Below, piece after piece: positions 39,901-48,986 of a DNA stretch of 64,000 bases. The DNA is taken from NCBI GenBank assembly GCA_964520615.1, contig CAZFNL010000137.1:148898-212897 (forward strand), given 5' to 3'. Source of the DNA: an uncultured Gammaproteobacteria bacterium. Lineage in GTDB: Bacteria > Patescibacteriota > Microgenomatia > 2-02-FULL-39-11. How positions within the stretch are numbered: position 1 is the first letter of the stretch; every line of letters starts with the position of its first letter. A program made the position numbers and the translations under genes. The notes under the pieces are model-generated. The model ran no database searches. It was not told the origin of the DNA and saw only the letters and a list, made by a program, of their open reading frames with translations.

Positions 39901-41270
39901 CTCTTGTTTAACTGATCTATTAAATCGTTTGCCTGTGCTGCCAGTTGCGGATCATCGGATATCATTTTCTTCTGGGCATCTGTCAACCACTGATTAGCTT
40001 GCATCCTTGCAAATATTATTTTAGCATTACTAAGCCTGGTATTTAATATATTTAATAGCTGGTCCAGTTTTGATTGGTTTACGGCTTCTGCACCCTTTGC
40101 GCTTTCCCACGACGGCAATACCTTCTCAATATTCTCAATAAGCGATTGCCAACTGCCAATTTCCTTCTGTGTATAGCTGGGAGGAACATATCCTCCAAGA
40201 TGAGCCACAATTACCTGCGTAGGACAACTGTTTATTTCTCCTAGAACGGGTGCAATACCTATATCCTGATATTCTGAAGAAAAAAGGATTTTCTTCGTAT
40301 CCGGAAACTCAAGAAAATTATCCACCAATTCTTGCGCATCATAATAACCACGGGTATAAACTTCGGCAAAGATAATATTCTCATAACCGGATTCCAATAT
40401 TGATTTTGCCAGAGTCATGCCGCTTCTTGTCGCTTCTGTCGAAAAATCATCAGTCCTTATCATGGCATCCCCCCTAATCTTACCGGAATTTGTCAAAAGG
40501 ACATTGTATTTCAAAGGTGCTATCCCGTCTGCTGCCTGTCTTTTTTCATTCAGAAGTTTTATAAACTCCGAAGCATCCAGTGTCGGAGTATTTGCCAAAA
40601 GCGCATCATCTTTTGTATCCCGCCAAAGTTTATGATAAGTCTCCTGATCGTTCCAAGGCAAAACAAAATGGATATCGGAAATATCGATAAGTCCCAATTC
40701 ATACCTTGAATCCAAGCTTGCTTTTCTATTGTCTCCCATGACAAACACGCGGCCAGCTGGAATTTTCAGGTTAGTACAGTCGGCTAAAAAATCGCCTCCA
40801 TAAGTGGATCTGGGTTTGGCTGTATAAGGTTCATCAATCCTCTCACCGTTTAAGTAAACAAAACCGTCACGCAAATCGATGGTATCACCGGGTAAAGCGA
40901 TAATCCTTTTTACAAAACCGGCGGTATCACCGTATTTCTCCTTTGAAATCCGGTCTGTCTTTTTATTCTCAAATTCCACGATATCCCCATGCTGGAGTTG
41001 GTAGGAAAAAAAATGAAAACCAAATATATTTATCCCTGAGGGATAAACTCTCATCTTTGGCCAGGCAACTGTTTCTTGAGCGCGGACTACGTCAGTTTTG
41101 CCGTTGCCTTTGGGAAAAGTCGGGTACATCGAACCTGTCCCTGCAATAAGTATCTCCTCCTTCACCACTCCTGACTGCAAAAGAAGTTGACGCGCATAAG
41201 GAGTAACATTTACCGAAATTGTCGCAACAATAATAACAAAGAGTATTGTGGTAATAATTTTTCGCAGCAT
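39897..41270 (-). CDS. Signal peptidase I (S26A) fused to a CAP-like domain
   Basis: GSMYPT (Ser), FVKRII.LPGD (Lys), MGDNR..S.DSR; then N.KR....APL..N.LL and Y.DIGI (CAP-like). Confidence 0.8.
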   Translation of the reverse strand: MLRKIITTILFVIIVATISVNVTPYARQLLLQSGVVKEEILIAGTGSMYPTFPKGNGKTDVVRAQETVAWPKMRVYPSGINIFGFHFFSYQLQHGDIVEFENKKTDRISKEKYGDTAGFVKRIIALPGDTIDLRDGFVYLNGERIDEPYTAKPRSTYGGDFLADCTNLKIPAGRVFVMGDNRKASLDSRYELGLIDISDIHFVLPWNDQETYHKLWRDTKDDALLANTPTLDASEFIKLLNEKRQAADGIAPLKYNVLLTNSGKIRGDAMIRTDDFSTEATRSGMTLAKSILESGYENIIFAEVYTRGYYDAQELVDNFLEFPDTKKILFSSEYQDIGIAPVLGEINSCPTQVIVAHLGGYVPPSYTQKEIGSWQSLIENIEKVLPSWESAKGAEAVNQSKLDQLLNILNTRLSNAKIIFARMQANQWLTDAQKKMISDDPQLAAQANDLIDQLNKR

Positions 41271-41417
41271 GATTTTTCTGGTTTTAGTATATGAGAAAAA
41301 GTAAAAAAAGTGAACAACAAATAAGTCGTTAGTTTGTGGTTAGTCTTTGGTCGTTATTCTATCGTCTAATAATTCTTCTTACAACAGTCTTGAATCTGAA
41401 TTTGGTTTAACCTTACA

Positions 41418-44400
41418 CTATTCAATATTCTCTGTTATTTGTTCATCAAATTTCTTCGTCTCAGGATAAAATATCACAAATAATATGCCAAAACCCAACA
41501 ATATAAACCCTATATACTCCAGATATTGTGGTAAATAAACGATAATTATTGTCGCTTGTTGCTGATCGCTGGTCGCTGGTTGTTGAAGCTGCCAACCATT
41601 TTCCCAATTGTTTACCAAAACATGATTTTTCAACTCTGTCCCAAACCAGAACGGGAAAGCTTCTAAAAGAAAACCCTTAATTCCTGATTCTTTATTCTTT
41701 ATTCCTACGCTATACGCTTTCCATCCATCATCATAACTTTGTGAAAATGCTAAGATCGTGTTTTTTTCTACCATATTTGAATTAATTTGAACAGAGTAAT
41801 CTGAAATATTATTCTTAGTGAATTGCAGAATTATTTTATTTTCATTTTTCATTTCTGAGGTAGAAGAAGTCAAACTAATTTCCGTAAGGTATTTATAAGG
41901 TATTGGATCTAAAGAGATATCTTTTATTTCATTTACCGAGGGTATCTGATTGAAAGAGCTATCTGTAAATTGTATTCTAACTCCATCATCAAACTGATAA
42001 ATAGGCGGCAAAATATATCTTGAAATGTCGAAGTTTGTACTTCTCGACATAAGAGTATACACATAAGTGGTATCGTTTTTTACAGTAGTAGTCTTCAGAG
42101 TTAGCGGAAATCCGTTAATTAACTTAGTACTTATTGATAACAAATATCCTACGCCGGAAGGTAAATTATTTTGTTCAAATAAATAATTTAACAAATAATT
42201 TTTGGAATATAATAGTAGACTTTTATCATTGTCCGGATAAATATGTTCTGACAGGTAGAAGTCCCCATCAACAGGATTATATTCCCGAGGGTTCCTTCTA
42301 TACTGGTTGTCGTTTATAAGATTACTCCACTCATAACTTCCAGAGATTTTAGGTACATCCACTTTAATTATGGAATCTTTATCCAAGTTAAGTTTAAATC
42401 CTCTTACCGGATTGCTATTTATCGATGTCGTATCGAAATTAAACGATGATATATAAGGGTACGAAAAAACTTCTATATTTTGATAAGATATTGCTTTCTC
42501 TTCAAGTGCTGATTTATCATACCCCGGTTCAAGAATAAATGAAAAAGTATTCGTATTGTTTACTCCGCCGCTATTCTCAAAAAATTCATTATTCCTGAGA
42601 AAATTTGAGGAAAAACTCACTTTGTTATTATTTGACTGGTTTATACAATTACCTGAGGATAAATTTCTTAGGCAGAATTTTGGAAATTCATCGTATTTGG
42701 ATTTATAGATAAAGCTTACCCTATCCAAGCTTTTGGTCGGCAAGGTGGTTAATGGAAAGCTGTATGGTACACAAGTAGGAGTACCTTGCGCAGCTATTGT
42801 CAGTATGTTATCCGATACTTCTGCCGAGTTGAACTTGCCTGGCTTTCCCGAATCGCAATCAACCGCAGTACTGAATGCTTGCGGTTCCAAATCCTGAATC
42901 GTAGGATTGCTTCCCGAATATAGAGATACGGAATTACCAATTAGACTATTAATTAAATATGCATCACCAATAAACCCGTAATTATAAGAAGGGTTTATTA
43001 TGCTTAAAAAGTCCCTATTATTTATACTAAGTAAATAATAGTTCCCGCTAAATTGTACCGGAATAGGAATTGCGAATTGCTTGGATATAGGATTATTATT
43101 GACTTCCACATTGTCTACGTATACTTCCGGATTTTTCAATTGAAAGTTTAAAATTAAGCTGCCACCTTCTATCTTCGCGTAAATAGCAAAAGGCAAAATT
43201 TTTTCTTCATTTATTAAAGAGGGGATATTCAAATAATAATTACCTTTTGGTATTTCCTTCGTAAAACTGGTATCATTGGCTGTGTCCGAAACCGAAAATT
43301 TGACCTCATCCTGGAATCGATTTGTAAATAATGACTCAAAAGGATAAATGTAATCAATTTTTGGACTAGTTTTATCTTGATAATAATTTTCTACGGATCT
43401 ATACAAATTGTCCGTATTACTAAACCTTTCGGTCTTTGCGGTCTGGGGAATGTTATTGAAAAGGCTAAGTGTCCCGGATTCGGAATTATTATTTAGTTTA
43501 TATATGCTTACTGTGCCAAAATTAGCTACCTTAACAAATAGCGGATTATTGACCAGTAGCTCTTTCTGCTGATTTATCCATTTTAAGCTATTGTAATCAG
43601 ACGGAATATAACTTTCATCATACAATATATAAGTAATACCGTATTTTTTTATTGTTGAATTAAATAGACTTTGGTCTCTAGTTCTCAAATCATAAATTAA
43701 TTCCCAATAATACTGCTCCAGGTAATTACTCCAGACGTCAAAGGCTCTATCCATAATCGGCTGTTCTATTCCATACCAAAGAAATCCTGATCCTGTTAGT
43801 CCCCATTTATATGAACCCCATCCCCAATAAGTATCCTGAGGAAGATTCATTATTCTGGCGTTGGTGTCTCTTGTCTTAAAGTAATCAAATACCTGAAAAT
43901 AATAATCAGGAATTTTGATTCTTAACCGATCGGAGAATAAATGTCCGGTAAATACCGGTAATCCGTATATCAATACCATCAATAGGAACAGGAGGAATAT
44001 TGCTTTCTCTATTCTTGTTTTTGTTCGACCGATAAATTCGAAAATAACCGATAAACCAAATCCCAAAAGAAGCGTAAATACTACAGTTGTGGGGACAATG
44101 AATTTGGTAAATGGATTGCGGATTATCTGGTTTATAAGGGGTGCTTGCCGTAATAAAAAGTTAGCCGTGGAAATAATTGGAGTATCACTTAAAAAAACTA
44201 CCGCACTCAAGATCGACATTCCGGCAAAATATTTGCTCTTCTTTCCCCGCAACACTCCCAATAGCATCAAGAGAAAAAATATTATTCCTTCTATTCTAAC
44301 TGGTAAAAGTGAATAATAATCCCTCCATACCTGCATCATATAGACGGGTTTTCCAGGAGTCTGTGTATCATCCTGAGTATCCAGATTAAATCCTTTCAGA

Positions 44401-45251
44401 AATATAAAATCACTTATGTGGCCTCTTTTAAGATTCGTTTCAAAAAACCTGTCATTGTTCATTCTGTTATTCATGGCATTTTGAGTTACTGAAACACTGG
44501 TAAAAATAAAGTAAGCATTCGGAAGAAGCCAGAAGGAATTAATAAGGAAAATAGTTCCGGCAATCACAAAAATTTTCTTTAAAGTCAAAAAGCTCTTATT
44601 TGTGAAGAAATAAATCAGAAATATAATCGAAATAAAAAGCAAATATACAAGAAATATTGTTTCCACATACGCTTGAGGAATCGCTAGTATATTTACCAAG
44701 ACAAACCATATAAAAGCTTTTTTGTTTGGTTTACTTAAATAATTAAATAATCCCCATAACTCCCATGGAAAGAACCCCCAAAAAGTACTGAAAGGTTCAA
44801 AGGGAAAGAAAAAATTCTGTATGGTCCCCAGATTTAACAGATAGAATAAACTGCAAAGCAGCGCTATCTTTCTTACTGATGAGTCTTTTAATCTATCGCT
44901 AAGAAAGAATGTTACGAGTTTGTAGATTCCCAACACACCGATAATAAGCATCAGATATTGATAAAAATATCTTAAAAAGTTTACCGGAATAATTATTGAA
45001 AAAACCGACAATAATAATTGTCTTGGCAGGTCTGCAGCATGAGCCATTCCGCCAAGAAGTCCCAATCCCTGATATTCCTGCCAGACAGCAAAAATAGACC
45101 TGTTTATATTCATGGAAAAATTAAATTCAGGGTGCAAATTATCCCAACCGGCCAGCCATGTCCCCGGCTTATAGTTGGTAAAACAGATTACAGTAACAAC
45201 TGATATGAGGAATAATAAATAAAAAAAATGTTTATTCTTAATAATTGACAT
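41418..45251 (-). CDS. Large GT-C membrane protein (AftD-like) with a long extracytoplasmic region
   Basis: GWDNLHPE, W.EYQGLGLLGGM, N.FWLLP, RNPFTKF, SQSYDDGW, VNNW.NGW, C-terminal TM. Confidence 0.7.
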   Translation of the reverse strand: MSIIKNKHFFYLLFLISVVTVICFTNYKPGTWLAGWDNLHPEFNFSMNINRSIFAVWQEYQGLGLLGGMAHAADLPRQLLLSVFSIIIPVNFLRYFYQYLMLIIGVLGIYKLVTFFLSDRLKDSSVRKIALLCSLFYLLNLGTIQNFFFPFEPFSTFWGFFPWELWGLFNYLSKPNKKAFIWFVLVNILAIPQAYVETIFLVYLLFISIIFLIYFFTNKSFLTLKKIFVIAGTIFLINSFWLLPNAYFIFTSVSVTQNAMNNRMNNDRFFETNLKRGHISDFIFLKGFNLDTQDDTQTPGKPVYMMQVWRDYYSLLPVRIEGIIFFLLMLLGVLRGKKSKYFAGMSILSAVVFLSDTPIISTANFLLRQAPLINQIIRNPFTKFIVPTTVVFTLLLGFGLSVIFEFIGRTKTRIEKAIFLLFLLMVLIYGLPVFTGHLFSDRLRIKIPDYYFQVFDYFKTRDTNARIMNLPQDTYWGWGSYKWGLTGSGFLWYGIEQPIMDRAFDVWSNYLEQYYWELIYDLRTRDQSLFNSTIKKYGITYILYDESYIPSDYNSLKWINQQKELLVNNPLFVKVANFGTVSIYKLNNNSESGTLSLFNNIPQTAKTERFSNTDNLYRSVENYYQDKTSPKIDYIYPFESLFTNRFQDEVKFSVSDTANDTSFTKEIPKGNYYLNIPSLINEEKILPFAIYAKIEGGSLILNFQLKNPEVYVDNVEVNNNPISKQFAIPIPVQFSGNYYLLSINNRDFLSIINPSYNYGFIGDAYLINSLIGNSVSLYSGSNPTIQDLEPQAFSTAVDCDSGKPGKFNSAEVSDNILTIAAQGTPTCVPYSFPLTTLPTKSLDRVSFIYKSKYDEFPKFCLRNLSSGNCINQSNNNKVSFSSNFLRNNEFFENSGGVNNTNTFSFILEPGYDKSALEEKAISYQNIEVFSYPYISSFNFDTTSINSNPVRGFKLNLDKDSIIKVDVPKISGSYEWSNLINDNQYRRNPREYNPVDGDFYLSEHIYPDNDKSLLLYSKNYLLNYLFEQNNLPSGVGYLLSISTKLINGFPLTLKTTTVKNDTTYVYTLMSRSTNFDISRYILPPIYQFDDGVRIQFTDSSFNQIPSVNEIKDISLDPIPYKYLTEISLTSSTSEMKNENKIILQFTKNNISDYSVQINSNMVEKNTILAFSQSYDDGWKAYSVGIKNKESGIKGFLLEAFPFWFGTELKNHVLVNNWENGWQLQQPATSDQQQATIIIVYLPQYLEYIGFILLGFGILFVIFYPETKKFDEQITENIE

Positions 45252-46725
45252 AGATTCCTTGATAAGGATCTAACGCTTTCAGTCCGGCGATAATCAATTT
45301 TTTTTGTTCAACCGGGATATAACCGCACTGATTTACAAGATTATTAAGTTCGCCTGATAAAACATATGCTTTGGTACAATATCCTCTGTATTTATAAAAC
45401 CCTGATGTCGGGTGATCCAGATCAGTCTGATTAGTCCTATCAACAAATATCTCCGGGGTTGGGGTATATAAGGAAGGAAAATTGTCCAAAATATACCCGG
45501 CATAGTAATTATTCCTCAACGAATTTCTGAAGTCCGGATTTACCCACCCGTTCATATTCATGGATAAAGTTTGCAAACCCAAGAGAATAAATAATGTAAT
45601 AGAAGTAATAATATTCAGCTTTCGTTCGTGAAGAAAATAAATAGCAAAAGCTATAAAAAGGGGAAGTATGTAAACAATATGTCTAGTAGGACCGTAACCT
45701 GCAGTACCATAATTCCACGCGGGATTAGTCTGGTAAAAAAAGGCAGTTATAAAATAAATTGCACTTAGAAATATGGCTTTATTGTCAATAATAATCCTTT
45801 TAATCAAATAATAAAATCCGGTCACAAGCGTAAACGGCGCGTACCAAAAAAGTCCCATATTCAAATCAAAAAACTGTTCATAAAGTTTCCGCAAACTAAT
45901 GTTCTGCAGCCCGAATCCGTTAATCTCAGTCCAGCCATTTTGTATATTTGTCCATGGAGTCAACAATCCAAACTGGATATAGCTCAGAAAATAAGGAATC
46001 AGTATAAGAATAAAAACTAGTAAAGGCCTGAATAACCATTCATACCTTCTGAAATTTATCTCCTGTACCGGATTCTTTCGATGCTTCAAAAGATAATCAG
46101 CTACCATATAAATGGTTAACGCAAAGGAAATAATAATTAACGGTTGGCTTTGCCAGGAAGAGAGAGCGGATAAAAAGGCAGAAAGAAAATACTCTTTATG
46201 TAAAAATGCAAATATACTGAGAAATATTAAGCAAATATAGTAAATCTCAGGACCCGGCCAGCCAAGAAAAAAAATCAGCGGGGAAAAGTATACAAGAAAT
46301 AACAAAAAAAGCCTTTCACCCGGCTCTTTCACATATTTTTTGAAAATAAAAATAAGCGCTGCCGCCAATATGATTATATTTGTCACGGGAAATGAAACCA
46401 GAGGATTTATACCAAATATTGAGAGAAGTATTCTGGAAGGAATAAGAAGGTAAGAGTAAAAAACAAAATGGACAGGATACCTGACGTTGTTTTTTCCTGT
46501 CATATAATACTGCGGATCTGAAAAGTAAGTTGCCGGCAAATATTTTTCTATCTCTACTTTATCGTTATTTCTTAGGGAAACATCTCCGTGATTGAGGATT
46601 GACACGGTCATCCCGTAATATTCCGCAACATCACCTGCTATCTGCGCTTTCGCAAAAACGATAAAATAGAATCCTAACAACAAAATTGATGCAATAAGAA
46701 TCAACCAGGGAATTTTCGCGGACAT
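45238..46725 (-). CDS. Polytopic membrane protein, possible GT-C
   Basis: GDVAEY loop after TM1, HF..YS, GLFWY.P, YGP.RH. Confidence 0.6.
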   Translation of the reverse strand: MSAKIPWLILIASILLLGFYFIVFAKAQIAGDVAEYYGMTVSILNHGDVSLRNNDKVEIEKYLPATYFSDPQYYMTGKNNVRYPVHFVFYSYLLIPSRILLSIFGINPLVSFPVTNIIILAAALIFIFKKYVKEPGERLFLLFLVYFSPLIFFLGWPGPEIYYICLIFLSIFAFLHKEYFLSAFLSALSSWQSQPLIIISFALTIYMVADYLLKHRKNPVQEINFRRYEWLFRPLLVFILILIPYFLSYIQFGLLTPWTNIQNGWTEINGFGLQNISLRKLYEQFFDLNMGLFWYAPFTLVTGFYYLIKRIIIDNKAIFLSAIYFITAFFYQTNPAWNYGTAGYGPTRHIVYILPLFIAFAIYFLHERKLNIITSITLFILLGLQTLSMNMNGWVNPDFRNSLRNNYYAGYILDNFPSLYTPTPEIFVDRTNQTDLDHPTSGFYKYRGYCTKAYVLSGELNNLVNQCGYIPVEQKKLIIAGLKALDPYQGIYVNY

Positions 46726-46729
46726 AGTC

Positions 46730-48055
46730 TCAATTTTGAGTATAACCTAGAGTCTGCGGTTTATGAAGAGAGAAGTGATCGTGCGGTGATATTATGCTGT
46801 CGAATATCATTGCCGTATTTCTATATGACCTCTTTTCCCTGATTATACCCGCCATTTTAGTCATTTTGCCTTTCAAACCATTCACCAGCACATTTTCAGC
46901 CGTTGACAAACATGATTTGCTATCAAGCGCAAAAACCATATCGGAAATCTTCAATCCGGACATCTCAAGAGCTTGACGAAAATCATCAGAATCAAACATA
47001 CTCTTCAACTCTTCAGAAATAATAAACGGTTTCCTGTAGGAAAAAACCAAGGATAGCACTCCTGAAGCTGTCATAAAATGCCTGTATGGCAGAACGATAA
47101 GGTCTGCCGCGGAAAAATAGGTCGCCAAGTCTTTTTGCGGTATATATCCGGTCACCTCAACTTTATGAGACCGGCCAGCATTATCCATGATTTTCCCGTA
47201 GTAATCGCGGTAATGCGGCCTGTCTATCATTGTCGGGCTTTCACCGCCCGCCAGTATAAACCTGGTTTTTTTGTTTAATACTTTTTGTACATTTCCGAAT
47301 GCCTCGACAAAGAAATCGGCTCCCTTAAACCAGTTGATATACCCGAAAAACATAACCACATATTCATCTTTCCCGATCCTGAGTTTTTTGCGTGACTCTT
47401 CCTTTTCCGGATTTTGTATTTCCGTATCGACTCCATGCGGGATAGTCAAGATCTTATTCTCATCAACAATTTTCCCTAAATTCTGCCTCAAGGCATCTTC
47501 AAGAACTACTGTTTTGTCTGATAAGCGGCCTGCCAGACGGTAGAATAGGTGAAATATCACATTGTATAAATTTCCCTTTATCCGGCCGGCAAAGTTATCC
47601 TTCAACCCGATATGCCCTTTAAGTTTGAAAGCATCCAATACGACGTGATGCATGACTACCGAAACCTGTCTTCCCAAAAGTTTCAGCACTCCCAGAAAAA
47701 AGATTACGGAGAAAGTAGGGATATTCCCCCCAAAAACGGCAAAATCAAACTGGATAAGTATGTTTTTGGCAGATGAGAAGAGTAATAATTTCTTCAGTAT
47801 TTGAAACCAGAGAAACGGATTATTTCTTTCAAAGCAGCGCAGGACAAGTACCCCTTTCTCTTCATAAATTTCTTCTTTTTTGCCACTTTTATCAGCAAGG
47901 ACCACTACCCGGTGCCGCATATGGGTCACGATGTTTTTGGCATATGAAGCCAATCCGGACGTGCCGGATGAGTAGAGCTCCCCTTTTTTGGGATATAAGG
48001 AAACCACAAGGAGAGTATCCCTGTGGTTATAAGCACGTATCAGTCTTTTCTTCAT
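46730..48055 (-). CDS. GT4 glycosyltransferase
   Basis: IPHG, FFGYI...KG, YFSAADL.VLPY, SGVL. Confidence 0.85.
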   Translation of the reverse strand: MKKRLIRAYNHRDTLLVVSLYPKKGELYSSGTSGLASYAKNIVTHMRHRVVVLADKSGKKEEIYEEKGVLVLRCFERNNPFLWFQILKKLLLFSSAKNILIQFDFAVFGGNIPTFSVIFFLGVLKLLGRQVSVVMHHVVLDAFKLKGHIGLKDNFAGRIKGNLYNVIFHLFYRLAGRLSDKTVVLEDALRQNLGKIVDENKILTIPHGVDTEIQNPEKEESRKKLRIGKDEYVVMFFGYINWFKGADFFVEAFGNVQKVLNKKTRFILAGGESPTMIDRPHYRDYYGKIMDNAGRSHKVEVTGYIPQKDLATYFSAADLIVLPYRHFMTASGVLSLVFSYRKPFIISEELKSMFDSDDFRQALEMSGLKISDMVFALDSKSCLSTAENVLVNGLKGKMTKMAGIIREKRSYRNTAMIFDSIISPHDHFSLHKPQTLGYTQN

Positions 48056-48078
48056 ATTTCAAAAATTACTTACTCTAC

Positions 48079-48105
48079 TGTCATGCTGAACTTGTTTCAG
48101 CATCT
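48079..48105. repeat. REP-like palindrome
   Basis: TGTC-ATGCTGAA-CTTGT-TTCAGCAT-CT; single copy in this window. Confidence 0.5.
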
Positions 48106-48123
48106 CATCTCATAAAATATTTA

Positions 48124-48390
48124 TTCTTCTGACCTCAAGTTTCCTTCAGATCAAAAGAACAACCAGAAACGCAAGAAAGAGAAAAAGTGTGACAAAAAGC
48201 CACGACTTGACAGCTTTCGCCGTCTTTCCCTTCCCTATTGGTTGTTTATAGTTTTGTGCCCCTGGCACTTCATCCGGGTGGTATTTTCCCAGAATGGTTG
48301 AACTACTCAACCTTTTTCTCCCCCGGGGAGAAGCGGAGTCGCCTGTAAAGGCGGCCCCGCTTGTTGTCCCTTTCGGGGGGGCCGCCTTGT
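48124..48390 (-). ncRNA. Structured 3' region (several hairpins) downstream of the GC-rich orphan ORF
   Basis: Stems 48124-48159, 48158-48246 and 48348-48388 (11-bp perfect stem enclosing CCC-GAAA-GGG on the minus strand). Confidence 0.45.
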
Positions 48391-48412
48391 GCGCGTTGCG
48401 ACGTTGCCGGAA

Positions 48413-48976
48413 CTAGTTGTTGGGGGCAATCGGGTGAAACCCGACGCCATCCGCAGAAAAGGTAGCGCCCGGCAAAGGGCACTGCACCGTTCGCGTAGTC
48501 CCATCCCAGCGATCGGATTTCTTCGGGATCTGCACCCAGCAGCCGCGCGCGTTTTGCGGTTCGGCGAATCCAGACCAATAGGTCAACATGCTGTTTTGAC
48601 CCGGGTGCTTAAAGGTAACCGGATGATCCGGGTCCCAATAACCCCACATGGTATGTTCGTCGTTACGCGACGTCCATTTTTCGGGTGAACCACCAATGTT
48701 GGTGCTGAGCCACTTCTGGGCATCAGCCACCGACATGGTATTCAAGCCCCACGGATCTGACTTCGCGACCGGCGCGACGGGCTGAACGGGCGCGACGGGC
48801 GCGGGCGGGTTGACGCTCTGAGTGATCGGCGCGGGTGTCCGCGGCCAGATCACATACGCCACCCCAGCTGTTACCACGCATCCCGCAACCAAGATCAAAA
48901 GGCATCCGCATTCCAAGCACCCGGTCAAAAGCTTGCCCCAATTGCGTTGGAGCCAGCCTTGCTGTTGCTCTTCCAT
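48413..48976 (-). CDS. GC-rich orphan single-pass membrane protein
   Basis: GGAGG RBS; Cys-rich TM (GCLECGCLLILVAGC), PVAPVQPVAP linker, Trp-rich C-domain. Confidence 0.75.
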   Translation of the reverse strand: MEEQQQGWLQRNWGKLLTGCLECGCLLILVAGCVVTAGVAYVIWPRTPAPITQSVNPPAPVAPVQPVAPVAKSDPWGLNTMSVADAQKWLSTNIGGSPEKWTSRNDEHTMWGYWDPDHPVTFKHPGQNSMLTYWSGFAEPQNARGCWVQIPKKSDRWDGTTRTVQCPLPGATFSADGVGFHPIAPNN

Positions 48977-48986
48977 TATTACCTCC

